Both the position numbers and the translations under genes were made by a program. DNA of 56,274 nt, counting the filler, from Bipalium vagum (Eukaryota): assembly GCA_037834085.1 (NCBI GenBank). It is 3 parts of 3 records of this genome, joined end to end, with 100 filler letters (N's around TTAATTAATTAA, not from the genome) between each part and the next. Parts side by side here need not be neighbours in the genome. Positions count along the whole stretch, not along the records: positions 17,832 to 40,061 come from JBBMKC010225001.1; 2 more parts are not named here. One strand, written 5' to 3'. The notes beneath the pieces were generated by a model. That model saw only the letters and a list, made by a program, of their open reading frames with translations, was not told the DNA's origin and did not search any database. Of the stretch, positions 25,901 through 40,161 are shown piece after piece. Position 1 is the first letter of the stretch, and every line of letters starts with the position of its first letter.

Positions 25901-28900
25901 TTGATCTTGAACCATCTGTTTCAATTTAGCATTGGCCGCATCGTTCATGTTTTCCAATTCTTGTCGTTTCTTTGTCAATGATTTCTGCATAACTTCCACT
26001 TGACCAACGGTTTCTTCAATTTTCTTCAAACCGTTATTTAAATGCAACTGTTGCTCTTCGAGATCTCCTCTCTTTTCTGCCGATAATTTCATGTAATGTG
26101 CAATTAAATCTAAATAATGTCTAGGTGTAATTGCAGCTGTCCGTCCACCTCGCTTTTGTACACGAATATTGGCCTGGTGCATTGTTTGATGCACAAACAC
26201 TAAAGCGTTCACTACCACATCTCTGTAGATTGGATTCGGAGGCAGCAATCCTTCAGCAACATACGGTAGAGTGTCAGGAACTCTGTAATCCATTCTTTCC
26301 AAATCTAGTCGGTTTGTAAATTCCTTGCCGACCTATTAAAAAATATATCAATTTAAATCTAAGTACATAACAAAGATCATTAAAATATCAATACCTAAAT
26401 ATCAATTTACTATCTAAATTTATATTTAAGTCTAAAATTATTGACTTTTAAATGTTCAAAGTATATTATACCTATAATAATGAGTTTCTGGGCAGCAAAC
26501 AAACATAAAGAAAGCTAACCTGGAAATAGGCCTCAAGAGACCAATCGCCAAACCAGTTAAGTACACATCGATTGAACAACGCAGGTGATGTACTTGCTTT
26601 ATCTTTCAAACCATCGGTAGACGGATTCATTGTGAAAACAACGTGAAGATTTCGACAAATTTGTTGTGTGAACCATTTGTAAAGTTCTTCTTGAGAATCA
26701 ATCATTAAGCCTTCTCTTATCGCTCCCTCTTTACATTGAGTCATCAGTGTCGTTAATTCATCTCCTTCAAATAAACCTGGTACTTCTCCATTGGCTAGAA
26801 GTGTGTTCATTCTTTCTAAGAAACTGGAATCCATCACGTTTGATTCATCCATAATGAAAGTAATTTTCTCGCCTTTACAACCAGATCGTCGTAAAACATT
26901 TCTTAAATCTTCATCAAAGTCTTCCGCCGTATATTTGTTGTGAACCTTAACTTGAAACACACTTAACCCATTGATCCAGGAGACAAATCTTGACAATGTT
27001 GTTTTACCAGCTCCACTAACTCCAATCAACAAAAGATGTCCTTGTGGTTGACGGAACACTCTGTCGATTCTCAAAACATGATCCAAAACTTGATTGAACA
27101 ACACCAATGGTACGTCAAGTTCTTCTTCATAAAACACTTTCAATCTGGCTTTCACATAATCGCGCAATTCTTCTTGGGAGACCGGACTATAGTCTTTGCT
27201 CAACCAATTGCTGTAGAGAATAGGTCGTTTCAGAGCTTCGTTTTTGTTGATATTTGGAAAGTGTTTCATTGCAACTTCATTAATATTTTCATCAGTCCAA
27301 TGACGTTCTTCTTCTTCTACCAAACGATCTTGAAACAATCGCAAGGCTTCATGGGCCCAAATTCGTACCAGACCTTCCACTGACAACGATTCCAATGGTT
27401 TCAGTGCTTCGTGAATACCTCTCACCCATCTTGTCATTTCCCTCGGACTGTAAATATAATGAGGTTGCATATCATGTGTAAATCGTTCTTGGGTCTTCAG
27501 GAAAAATTCTACCATTGCATTGGTTAAAGTGTCAGCATGACCACGTAAAGCTGGCAACATTCTTAACATAGCTCGATTAAATGTTGAATAAATCTGTTTC
27601 AATGATGTTTCTCCAGGATAGTCTACATAAACAACTGGTACATGACGAAGAAATCTGTGCGATAATGGTTTCCTTCCAGGATCTGTTGGCGGATTGCAAG
27701 CCCCAACAAATTGAATACGTTCAAAACTGACCCATTGCATATCAGTTGTTCGATAAAATCCATGATGCTCTACCATTTGTCTTAGGAAACTGATGACCCG
27801 TTGCGTACCGTACTTATCCATGTCTGGCAAATTGATTTCATCACAGAAAAATATTAGCCACTTGTTAAGCTGTTGTGGTGCCAGTACTATGCCATTTGGT
27901 GTTTTGCGATATTCGCAATATTGATCGAAAGTTTTAAGCATCAATTCCGGAGTAGTAGCGCTGCTAAAATTGAGTCCAACAACCTCCATATCCGGAAGAC
28001 TTCGTAAAGCACTAAATAATGTCATGGTTTTTCCTGATCCAGGAGGTCCACACAAAAGCACTGGTCTATGCTCTGCCAGCCATGTATAGAGCAATGATTC
28101 ATGTCGAACAGTATCCATAGTTGGCACTACAACGTCAGTTGCCGTAATTTTGTGCGTCTCAACTTCTATTTGAGGAACTTTTTGTGACCATGGTACCCAC
28201 GCACCTTGAATATTGACTTCGAAATCGATTATATTTTTAGTTCCAGCAACATTTGGTAAATCAATTGTACTAATATCTTTTATATGTCCACTCAATTGTT
28301 CACGAATTTTTAATTTACTGTCTCCACTCATGCTCCAAACTATGGAAGAAACCAATGACTTGACAATATAACTTTCCACTTGCTCACTACTCAGTGGGAA
28401 ATCTGAATGAGTTTGGTTATATTCGATGACATTTCTAATACTTTGTTTTATCATTGAAAATAAACTGGTCAAAGCGCGCAATCTTGTAAAATCCATTATG
28501 TGTTCCAATGTAGTGCTGTACTCTAGACACTTAACAATCAAACCATCTTCTGTGAAAAATGGAGCCAGCATTGAAGTAACCTGATTTTGTAATTGTAATA
28601 CTGGTGAATTTGACAGTTTAGATTTATTTTCCGATTCTGTGGTATTGACATTTTCGGTTACAACATTCGAAAATTCTTCTTCACCTTCCATAACTTGAAC
28701 TTTTTTCAATTCGTTCAAAAAGTTAGTCAGAATCATTCCCGTTGTTAGAACGTCTTCACTAAACCATACCATTCCGCAACGGGAAACCGTGGCCAGGGTA
28801 GCATATTTCAGATCTTGCACTTCAAACATTATTCTTACATTTGGTGGAATTGCCAAACGTTCACCGTTTGGTAATGTCAATAACTTATTATCGTCAAGAA

Positions 28901-31900
28901 CAGAATTTAAATTTTCAACCCATTCCGGATCTACATCACCGTCAAACACTATCCATTGTCGTTTGTTGCTTTCACCACGAACACTGTCGATTATTCTTCT
29001 CAGAATATGTGTAAATAACCCATCTGTCCACTCTCGTGTATTGGGATCCATGTAACCGTAAAGGGAGTCTTTGCTTATCGATTTAGGATCAATAATATGT
29101 GCAACACCTTCAATGCCATCAATATTTTGTAATGCTTCCAATAGAACTCTGCACGCCATAGTCTTTCCACTTCCAGATGGTCCAACCATCATCAAACCAT
29201 GGTGAATCGTGGTGATTTGATAGAGCTGCAAAACTTTTTCTACCCATAAATAACCAGGAGTATTTGGTTCATTACTGTACACTAAAAATCGACTCTCAGA
29301 AACCTTTTGCAATTCTTCTCTCAATCTTTTCATTTCAGCTTGTCTATATTCGACTCCGGGAAACACATCAGTCAACAGTGAATATAATAAAGGTATATCT
29401 TCAGCTATAAGCTTCGGAACCATAGTTTCCATCACGGATTGTATGAGAATTTCCTGTTCAGGCAATTGTTCGGCAATTTCTGTTTCATTTATTTCGTCAC
29501 CTCGAGCAATTATCTGTTCTTTCACTTGTCTAATTCGATCCCGCTTAACATTTCCAGCTGAAACCAGCACACTTTTAAGAGCTCTCAATCCAAAATCATA
29601 ATGGGATTGTTGTGACAATTGTTCATCACAGAGCTTGAAAAATGGAACGACTTTCCCAGCTAATGTTTCTGCTGTTCGGAAACCCTGAGAATAAAGCATC
29701 ACTTGTGCTATAAGTTGTCTGTCTGGTTGTGTCATGGCTAATGATCGGAATAATTTCTTCAAATTATCGGGTAAATTGGAACGACCGGCATAACCAGGAT
29801 TCATAGTTATAAATATAGCCATATCAGGGTTGACATGAACTTGTTTACCGAGTAGCTCGACATTCACCGATTCTTTTTTTGATACCATCAGCTCTCGCAA
29901 TGCTTCTTGTATACCCTGTATTTGTTGAGAGACGGCCGACAACATTCGCTCTTCTAATCGATTGAACTCATCAAAACAACCCCAAGCTCCAACTTGACAC
30001 AGACCAACAAAGATCCTACCCATCGCTTGAAAGTCGAAAGTCTCATCACAATTGAAAACCAAAACAAATCTTCCGAGTTGATTACCCAATGATTTCACAG
30101 ATTCTGTTTTACCAGTTCCTGCAGGTCCAAATGGAGATCCGCCTAACCTTGCTTCCAAAGCCTGAGTCATTGTCAAGTAACACCTGTCAGTTAGTGGAGT
30201 TTGTACTAATCGATCACACACTCCCAAATATTCAAATCCATAATGAAATTTAGCATTAGCCACATTAATACTAAGCTGTTGTAACGGGTCAGCTTGTCTT
30301 GGATCAAAATAAAATCGCATTTGACTGAGCCAATCGAAATTTTTATTGCTTTTTACATTATCATTATGTAATGATCTCAACACATCTCTTTGGTGGACGT
30401 ATTCAATTATAAGATGTTCCAACTTTCTTCGCCTTACAGGAGGCTGTTCATATAAAACTGTGTCAGCCAGCATATTTAGAGTTTTGTGTACAACATTTAT
30501 CGTGGATTCCAAACTTGATCCTCCAACTAGATTTCCTTCAACAGCTTCTGACCATGTTATTTGAGCAGCCAGAACAACAATTTGTGCTTGGTACTTATCC
30601 ACCCAAACCATAAAACGATCTTTATCAATAAGCGCTTCCGTTCGCCAGCTCTGAAAAATTTTAAGTAATCAAATCAATTGATCTGTAAAATGTTTACCGA
30701 TATTTCTTTAACTGCAATATTCAGATATTTGGCAAGAGAAACGCGCATCTCTTTTTCTATAGCTGTTAACCAATCGTTGATTCGAGGATTCTCGATTATT
30801 GATACAGGAGTCACAAATTTCAATTCCTCTCCTTCTTTGGACATCATTCCCAAAATAATCTTTTCATCTTCGCTTAAAATAATTGAGTGCACTCCAGCAA
30901 ACATCTTTTTGAAATGCTTTTGCAACTTTTTTAAATCTTTACTATTTCCGATAATTTCCAACAAGTCTTCGTCTCCCACAAAGTAAAATCTGTAATTCAC
31001 AAAATTATTTTCTATAAATGCAAAATTTATATTCTTTTAAACTTCCTTAAAAATTAATTAAATCATTTAAAATAATATTAAAAATAAATTATGATAATGA
31101 AAAACAAAATTAGTTATTATCTACGGGTTTTCACTGCTTATTAAACTTAATTCAAAGTAACATTTCATTTTAATAATTTCATTATTTTATGATTTAGTCA
31201 TTTAATTTATTATTAGTTTATTTATTATTAGTTATTATTATTTAGTACAAGATTAATTTTTTTTTGGAAGATCTATACAGGAATCAATTAAATTTCTATC
31301 CTTTCAAATAAAATATTTTCGATATTGATCAATTATTTCTAAAGAAAATTTATTATTAAATTTTACACAAATAAATAAACTGTTATCCATTTCAAGATAA
31401 TTTTAAAATATAATAAATGCAATCAAAATTTATATTATTTAATTGTAAATAAGTTAATTAAAAATCAATTTATCTTATTAAATAACCAATTTCTGGAATA
31501 ACGTTGAATCAAAATATTAAATTAAATTAAAGCATCAAAAAAGATCTATTAAAAAGATTACCTTGGGAAGGATGACCTTTGTCTTTCTAAATATTCTCCC
31601 AATGATTTCTGGATTTTTCCTAGTAAATCTGCCAATCGTTCTAATTGCCTCTGGACATTTGCAATATTGAGTACATCAGTAACCAAGGGTGACTTCGAAA
31701 CTTTTTTCATTAATCCCAAAAATTCCGTACTAACACTTTGAAATCTTTGTGATTCAACGGGCAATAACACTTTGATATCTGCAGATCCAGCAAAAATCCC
31801 ATCCAAGTATATCCAGCGTCTTTGAACATCAATCCAAACATCAAAAAGAGCGTTTATTTTATTTAACCGATCTTCCCAAGCTGTGGCCTCCTCTTCGAAT

Positions 31901-34900
31901 TGCTAAAAATCAATCGAATATAATTTAACAAATAAAATTATAATACAGGATCAATATTAACTAATTTACAAAATATTTAAAGTTAATAAATTAAATTTTA
32001 AAGCAGAAAAACTCAATATTTTAATGATATTGAAAGGAATTATAAAATCAATATATGGTGTATCCTACCTTGAAATATGGTGATGCCTTCATACTGGTAA
32101 CATTGTTTATATGTTCTTTGACTTTATTGAATAAATCGTCCCATCCTTTAATGATTTTACTTTTGTTCTGATAATTTGTCAATTCCAGAACGTAATTTTT
32201 CCAGACTTCAGTGATTTGTCTCAAATATTCTTCCAATGCTTTTTCTCCCTGAGCAATAGCCAAGACTTCCCGAATCGATTCCTCATTTTTCACCAAATCA
32301 ATATCCCAAATCTGAGAAAATTGTGATTTGCAGAGATCAACAACAACAAAAATGATAATTTTTCATACTCGGCCTAACTGAAGCTCAGATAACGACCAGT
32401 TAACATTGAGTTTTCTCATCAACATTCTCCAATGTCGTTCTTTAATGGCTTCAGACTTCAGCTCGACAATCGAAGCATTGACTTTGCTGTACATTTTCAA
32501 TAATGTACGAACATGTTCGAAAGATGCGTATTGTTTGAAACTGTTCGGAAGTTCTTTAAGTTGAGCGGATAAATTTTCGATGTCTTGGCGCAATTTTCTC
32601 GGCTGCACAGACAGCCAAGGAGTTTCCTTCATTTCTCTAATCTTTTCCCAGATACTCTTCAATTCAATCCAAACATTTTTCAAATCCTGAAATTGGACAA
32701 TTATTTAAAATTACGCAGAGGAATAAAGAAATGAACTTACATGTAACTCACTTAATGCATTGGTAACTCGTTCCTCACTCAATGGTTTTACACCGGGTTC
32801 AGTCAATTCCAGAACTTCTTTAGCTTTTTGAACATTGTCTCGTTCTTCTTTCAATCGATTAAACTTTCCTTCTAAAATCTGAATAATGTTTACAGCTTCT
32901 TCCGGTGTCAGATCTCCGGCAATTGGTTTATCATTTTCCCAATTACTCAAAACTTCATTGGTTTTAGATTCAACAATCTAAAAATAAGATAAATAATCTC
33001 CCATCATCCTAAAAAATGCCAACTTTATCCTCTTCTGTGATTTTTATTTGCAAACTGGCAACTTGACTTAAAATAGTGTCTTGTTTCCGTCTCATGATTT
33101 CCTTGAAAGCACTCCATTCTCCTTGAATATTTTCACTGTCAAGCCAATCATTTGGAAACTGAAACCGATCTCTACAAAGAATGTTTTGACCTGCTCGACA
33201 TGCCTCAGTTTGTTTTTCCCAAGTATTCATTTTTCTTTTAATGTTTTGAATGTTTATTATCGAATTTACAGATTCATTTGTTCCTCCAGAATCGATCGAT
33301 TGCTGTTCCAATTCATTTCGAGCCTTTTGAACGTCATTATAAAGTGACGTCATCATTTTACCCAGATTTGAACCAAATTTTGTTAATACTTCTTTGTGCC
33401 AATTGTCATATTTCATAGAAACTTTCGACTGAACTTTTCCAAAAGCCACAACCAATGGACCAAATTCTTTTTGCGTCTCAGCAACATCGAAATGCTTTCT
33501 CATACTCTTTATTTCTTCCAATACATTCATCCATACCTAGAATTGATATTTAATCATATAATTGACATGATAACATGTTTATCTAACCATGTTATCGTCC
33601 GCAATCAAGGAAAACAGCTGATCACCTTGAAGATCCCATAAAGATTGATAATTGGTCCATGTTTTCACATATTCATTTGCTTCTTTCAGAATATTATGTA
33701 CCTCTGCGTAAGAATTTTCTAAGCTTTCGCCAGAATTCGGTAGACTTGACAATAATTTCTTGTACGTTTTATTGTCAGACTCGGTTTCCAATCCAACCTA
33801 TTTATTATTGATATTTATTATTATAAGTGTTGGAATTATAAAAATTTAACAACAAATAGAACAGAAAAGAAATAACAAAATGGCAAAATAAAAATTATAC
33901 CTGATCTGAAGATAATGACTAAATTGAAATTTTATCACATTCAATAAGTAAAAATTATGATTAAATTAAAATTATTTAACAAAATCTTGTCTTTAGATAG
34001 AGAACGGTTCACTAATTTCTTTTAATAATAAATGTCATTGTGTGATTTTTAGGTTTCTGCAAAATGATATCGATTTTTAATGATCTCATTAAATCATTTA
34101 TTTTTCCTTTAATTTTAAAATATTCACCAAAATTTAAAATCTATGAATTTTATTTTAAAGTAATTTTTTGAATATTGATCGATTTTATAAACTAAATGAA
34201 CGCAGAACTTGGTAAACTTCTTGAACAAAAGGTTTTTAAAACAAAAAAAACAGGAAACTGCACAAAAAGAATAAATTAATTTGTCAAACATTGTAAAAAG
34301 GGTTTTCATTTCTTATTATGATTAATAAAAGGATATCCTAAGCCGAATTACATTTAAATTTTATTTTTAAAAATAAATCATTTGTGCACCAACCTAATAC
34401 TTATTTAATATCAATAAAAATAAATTTATGTAACCAATATTGACGAACCTATATTGAAATTGATTACATTTTATCTCACAAACATAGAATTTATAAGATG
34501 AACTTTGAATTATTATAATAATAATAGATTAACTGACGTCGATTATTCATATATATTTTAAACTATCGAAAACTCCATTGAAATATTTTTTTATTTTGTC
34601 TAATATTTCTCAATAAACTTGTTATTAATTTCATTTATAAAATTATTCATGAAATAAAATATTCATGATAATTATATATAATTAAAATTATGAAAATTTT
34701 CATTCCTAGATATTATTTTAAAAGAAAATGAATAAATTAAAGACCAGAATATTTAGGAGATAGATACAGGATTATAATCTTCAAACAACACCTGTGAAGA
34801 AAACAAAGAAGTGGCTTAATAAAAGCATTAATTCATATAATATGGTCGTTACCATCAGACTGCAAACATAGATAAGGGAAACTGGATATTATTAAGAATT

Positions 34901-37900
34901 TGTAGAATGGTATATACAATTAAAAAGTTAATAAATGAAAAAAGGTGGATCAAAAATTAATGAAAATAAAAAAATGAATTCAAGATACTAAAAATGCTAT
35001 TTTCAATAGTTCAGAATCCTTATAATAGAAAAATCTGTATAATATGAAGTAATATCAATAACAAAAGAATTATTTATAAATTGAAACGGTAAATCCTACA
35101 ATATTGCAAACTAATGTTGTTTTAGTTGGAAATTAAATCGAGATACCGGGATCTGAACTCGGGACCTTTCACATGCGCATTGAATGTTTTGACCCCACAA
35201 ATTTTCAATTATTCTCATACACAATTAAGTAGTCTTGTTTAAAAAATTATAAAAATAGCTTTTATAAACCTGATATCTTGAATGAACAATTCGTGGCAGA
35301 TTTAATATTATATTTTGCCATGACGACAGCTGATAAACGAGATCCTGTGTTGCCAACTCAATACTGGGATATAAATGCATTTGCTGATTGGTAATTCTCA
35401 ATTCGTGAATCAATTTCTTTATTTGTGGTTTACCGCCAAGTCTATGTTTGACCATTAAAGTAACATCGGGGTCAGTGTCTTGATCGTCTTCTTCGTCCTG
35501 AAATTGTGATTCAAATATTTTTTTGTCAAAAATTAAAATACTTCACGATTTTCTCCTTTTAACGCTTTTGTCCATTCCACTAAACCAGCTTCTAATCTCA
35601 AAATCAGTCTCTGTTCAACCAATCCGTCCAAATTAGCTACCCATTGTGCCAAATTAGAAAACTGATGCAAACTCATATTATCAACAGCTTCTTGTACCCT
35701 ACTTAATATTTCTTCAAATATTTGTTTGTTATAGGAACATGTTTCCAGAGCTTTTACATCCAAGTCGATTTTTTTAATAACAATAACCAGATCATCGACC
35801 TTTTCCTGAAAATTAAAGACCAATTCCGCCAATTTCTGGACGTATTGATCTAATCGGTAAGATTCCCAAGTTATTTCAACACCTTCATGAATGTAATTCT
35901 GAACATCTTTACGTAATTTTGCAGTCAATAAAGATATGTTTTGTGCTTTGTGTTCTTCAATTTTACTGCACGTGCTCTCATATGTTCGAACACTTTCAAT
36001 TAACGATATCGCAAATGGATATAGTTGATTAGCTGAATGAGCTTTGTTAACAATAGACAGAGGCGTTCTGAATCCCAAAGCTCGCATATTTCTCACTTCT
36101 TTGGCCAACGTGATAACATCTGGCAAAAAATTAACTTTCAATTTCAATACGGTTATTTTCTGTGGCTCACGATCACGAACAGTTACAACAGTTCTGGTCG
36201 ATTCCACATTAAAGATGGATCCAGCAACAGTGAGAGATTTCTCTGCAACTTTTTTCGACCATTCCTCAAATAATTCACTTGTGTTCAATTTCAATTTGAA
36301 GCTTTCTCCATCGGCCTTCAATTTTTGACCTTCTATATGTTGAGCCCAATCTTTGCCCAAAACATCTTCCACTCTTTTCATGTATGCATTTAATTGTCGT
36401 AAAATTTGACGGACCCATATTATGGAACCAGATACAGGTGGGAGATCTCTTACTCGACTCATCTTACAGGCAGTGCTTGAAGCATACTGAACCTTGAATT
36501 TGTTATGAAGTGCTTCGATGTCGTCTTTCACGCGTTGGATCAACTGGGTTTGGTATTCACCTATTGCCCCTCGAATATGAGGTCGAACAAACAATGCATT
36601 GAAGCGAGAGAAATAACGGAACATTTCATTTGCATTTTTAGATTGTCCAAGTAAATCTCTCAGGTGAGATGCAATACGAGATTCTACACGATCAATTTTC
36701 TCCTCATACCTGACAGTCAAAAATCAAAATTTCGTTATAGTAAATAAAGTTACCTTTTAATGGCTGCATCCCAGTCATCATTTTCCTCTTTTGCAAAATC
36801 GAGACATTCAGTTGTCCTCACAATTTCGTAGGCGGCATTCACTTCATCTATTGAACTAGTATCTGTCGATTCGGATATTGTTTCGTTTTTATCTTCCACT
36901 GTATCTTTGTTTGCTGTCGAATCGCGATTTGATACCACTTTGGCTACTGGTTTCAACACCCTGACTATAACTTGGCGCAATTGTTCATGCTGATAACGGA
37001 ACCTGAAAAATTTTCAAATGATTACTTGAAAACATCAAACCTGAATTTTTCATGCAAAAAAATTGATATTTACTTCATAAAATTTCAACGTAAACATCAG
37101 GACGTTAAAAAACCATAAGATTAAAAATATTTGGTTTTTCTTATTAAATAAATCAATAAATTATGAAATTCCATATTCTAATTTTTTCATTATTTATCAA
37201 TTTATTTGAAAGATAAATATACCAATAAGACTTATTAAGATATAAAATAAATCATTATATAAATTTATCAAACCATTAAAAATATTATCACTATATTTTT
37301 ATAAATTCCTTGATTAATCAAATGCCTTAATTTTTGTGGAAACAATAATCATAAATAAAATCAGTATAATATAAAAAGATAAGTCTAAAGCGTGTATTCA
37401 TTATATAATAATATTAAGACCTGGTTTCTGATTAATTTGTCTTGCACCAATACAATTTTAAATTTTCATAAATCAATCAAGCTTTGCACACTCAAAATAG
37501 AACAAATATATTCAAAATTTTGCTCTTAAGATTATTGATTTCAAAATGTTAAGTGTCAATAGGAAAAGTTTTGTGTTTACTGCCACGTATTTACAAATTG
37601 AGACTAAGAAATAAAAATAAAATATATCACGAGCTAAGCACGAATCTATGTCTGGTTTGATATTTTATAATTAATCAATAGTTATTTAATATTTCAAATC
37701 ATAATTCAGGTTAAATTAATAGATTATATTAGTTCTCAAAAAATCAAATAAACCTTTTAATACTTTCCAATCTAGTTTGCAGTTTCTTATGAGTGGCGTT
37801 CATTTTCCATGCAAATTTTGAAAATTCTTCACGTTTCTTTTTTGCCATATCTCTCAAAAGATTTTGCATTTTGTCATACTCATCTTCCCACGTGCTGAAA

Positions 37901-39368
37901 ACTTGTTGACAGGCCATTATAATCTTTTCAAACTCATCATAAGGCATGTTCATCAAATGCATATTACTGATAACCTTAAATCAATAATTTAAAAATAAAA
38001 TTCATTCATATTCTCATCTTACTTTCATTAGCTGCGTTGTCAGATCTCGAGACAGGGCTTCCATCAATTTAATTATTCGATTAACAGGATATTTTGTTGC
38101 TCTCACTTTTTTCAAATGAGAAAATATTTGCTGTAGAGCCTCACTTATTTTATCTAACTGACTTGCTGATAACAAATCGTTTATTGGAAAATCTTTCATA
38201 AGTTGATTGTAGTCTTTTACAAGGACCTTCGCCGATGACAAAGCTTGAAAAAATAATTATGTAATAACCTATGCAATTATTAATTCAATTTTTTCTTACC
38301 GGTGTCTGTATCAAAACTGGTAGTAGCATGGAATCGCTTGGCCTGTTTGAGAATATTTAAAGTGAGAGTCACTTCTAACGATTCACGCTTTTCCTGTATC
38401 TTATCTAGACTGTGTTCGAGATTGATCCAAAATGATATTTCTTGAAGAGCCGTACCAGTACTTGGGTCTCTATTCAACTTAGTGACCTGCCAGAAACTAA
38501 AATTAAATCTGAGACAAATGTTAAAACCTTCTGAATTTCTTTAATCCAACGGTTAACACCAGATTGTAACTGGTTGAGAAATTGTGTATCATCAATTTTG
38601 TCTTCAAAATCAGAAACTTTTGCTTCCTTATTCTGTGCAAGTTTTTCTTGAATCACATGAGCTACATATGGATGTGGAACGAGAGTAATTTCTGGAATCT
38701 CAATATTTTGCTGCAAATGCAGCAAACCTATTTCTAATTCAGCCATCTTTTTTTCAACATTTGGAACCATTTTATCACTTGAGGAGCTTATACTGTTATT
38801 TCAAAACAATTATCAATAAAAATTTAAAAGTACCTGCTATCTTTTCCAATTTTTTTAATGTAAGATTTAAAGAACGGTAAGAGACCATAACAAACTAATG
38901 AATGCATAGACTCAAATGGTGGACCATCACAATAGCTGAGCACTTGCACTTGTGAACTTATCGTTTTATCAGCCTCTATAATTTGACCATTTTTAATAAA
39001 GATTGATGTCTGGCATTTGTTTGATTCAAAATGAACATCATTTGATATGTTAAAAAAATATTCAAACTCAGAACCTTCTTCCTCCTCTGCAAACTTAATT
39101 ATATTTTCAAAAATAAAATTTATTCAGTACCTCTTTTAGTCTGTTGAATACATAAAGTTGTAATCTGAGAATCATTAATAAACTTGATCAGATATTCTTC
39201 GTTATGTTGTTCTGTCAGAAATATTTCATAATCTTTTCTTGTTTTACTTTCTTCATCATTTAACATACATGGAAAAGCATACAAAGTTAAGTATTTTATA
39301 AACTTTGTAACACTTATAGTTGTTATTTCTTGATCACCTTGCTGCGTTACAATAACCGTGTCTGCCAT
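19970..39368 (-). CDS. DYNC1H1: Cytoplasmic dynein 1 heavy chain, complete spliced gene
   Basis: P-loops [24 protein letters not shown] and GVSGAGKT; tail motif [13 protein letters not shown]; C-terminus [14 protein letters not shown]. Approximate exons: 39368-39131, 39086-38834, 38792-38528, 38486-38300, 38243-38023, 37974-37754, 37002-36754, 36709-35542, 35498-35270, 33797-33588, 33537-33024, 32977-32741, 32687-32369, 32311-32069, 31902-31562, 30989-30698, 30650-26520, 26332-25759, 25704-25509, 25433-25316, 25010-24795, 24737-23238, 23186-22067, 21263-20962, 20907-20692, 20637-20387, 20150-19970. All junctions are GT-AG. Confidence 0.98.
21913..21998 (-). CDS. Candidate alternative exon of the dynein heavy chain (cassette 21998-21921, or terminal exon to the stop at 21913)
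   Basis: Acceptor TTTTCTTACATTTGTTAG, then 78 nt with 35 G/C in a very AT-rich intron, then donor AG|GTTTGT. Phase 1 to phase 1 and in frame with exon 23; encodes [26 protein letters not shown](GL*). Confidence 0.7.
35139..35197 (-). pseudogene. tRNA-Ala-like 3' fragment or tRNA-derived SINE head in dynein intron 9
   Basis: Minus strand reads GGGGTCAAAACATTCAATGCGCATGTGAAAGGTCCCGAGTTCAGATCCCGGTATCTC, resembling the anticodon-arm to T-arm/B-box part of eukaryotic tRNA-Ala. No intact acceptor stem or D arm. Confidence 0.55.
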
Positions 39369-39870
39369 TAAATAATTTCATAAATATAAATAAATGATCA
39401 GTAATTATAATACATATTAATGTATTTAAACAATTACCTTTTTACCTTCGATTAGCAAAATATTTTCTTTTAATTTTAAAAAGTATAAGAAAATACTAAA
39501 TTATTGAAATTTAATTTACTGTACTTAGAAAAATTTTAATATTTTTAAAAATTTATTAAAATTACTCAATATCGTAATTTATATATTTTATTTTAATGAA
39601 CTTAATAATATATTACTAATGTCAAAGTAATCCTGTTTTTATTATAATATGTAATAATAATATATATTAAAAATGCACTAATTTACCTTTAATATTTAAC
39701 AAATAAAATTTATCATTATAACATAAAATTAATGTTAATTCAAAGTTCAATACTATTAAATTGAAATCTTTATTCTACTTCATAAAATGCATTTGAATTT
39801 TAGAACTTCATAAATATTTATAATAACAATTTCGATAATTAATATTTAGTATCATTTGATGTATCTAGCC

Positions 39871-40061
39871 CAGTGGTTCTCAAACTGTGGGTCGCGACCC
39901 CATTAGGGGTCGCGACGGGTTTCGTTGGGGTCGCGGAACATTTTTTGAAAATGTAAAAAAAATTCAAATTAAACTTTAAAATGGTCAAAAATTAAATTGA
40001 ACAATGTTAATGTTAATTTTAAAATAATCAAAGTAATATTGAAAACCTACTAATAATTAGT
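39871..40061 (+). mobile_element. hAT (Buster/Charlie-type) element end, cut by the assembly gap
   Basis: Begins CAGTGGTTCTCAAACTGTGGGTCGCGACCCC with repeated GGGGTCGCG subterminal motifs. The flanking 8-mer ATCTAGCC fits the nnnTAnnn target pattern. Confidence 0.82.
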
Positions 40062-40161
40062 NNNNNNNNNNNNNNNNNNNNNNNNNNNNNNNNNNNNNNN
40101 NNNNNTTAATTAATTAANNNNNNNNNNNNNNNNNNNNNNNNNNNNNNNNNNNNNNNNNNNN
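40062..40161. other. Assembly gap spacer (N44-TTAATTAATTAA-N44)
   Basis: Identical to the spacer at 17732-17831. Confidence 0.97.

Noticed and set aside
20432-36328. Numerous plus-strand ORFs overlapping dynein exons (e.g. 27036-27383, 30678-30986, 36044-36328)
   Set aside because: Antisense shadows of the dynein coding sequence with no independent motifs.
38244-38299. Apparent frame break in dynein after FDTDT, and an earlier CATAG acceptor
   Set aside because: The TTCAAG acceptor at about 38244 restores the frame (DTDTALSSAK). The gene is intact and no non-canonical splicing or recoding is needed.
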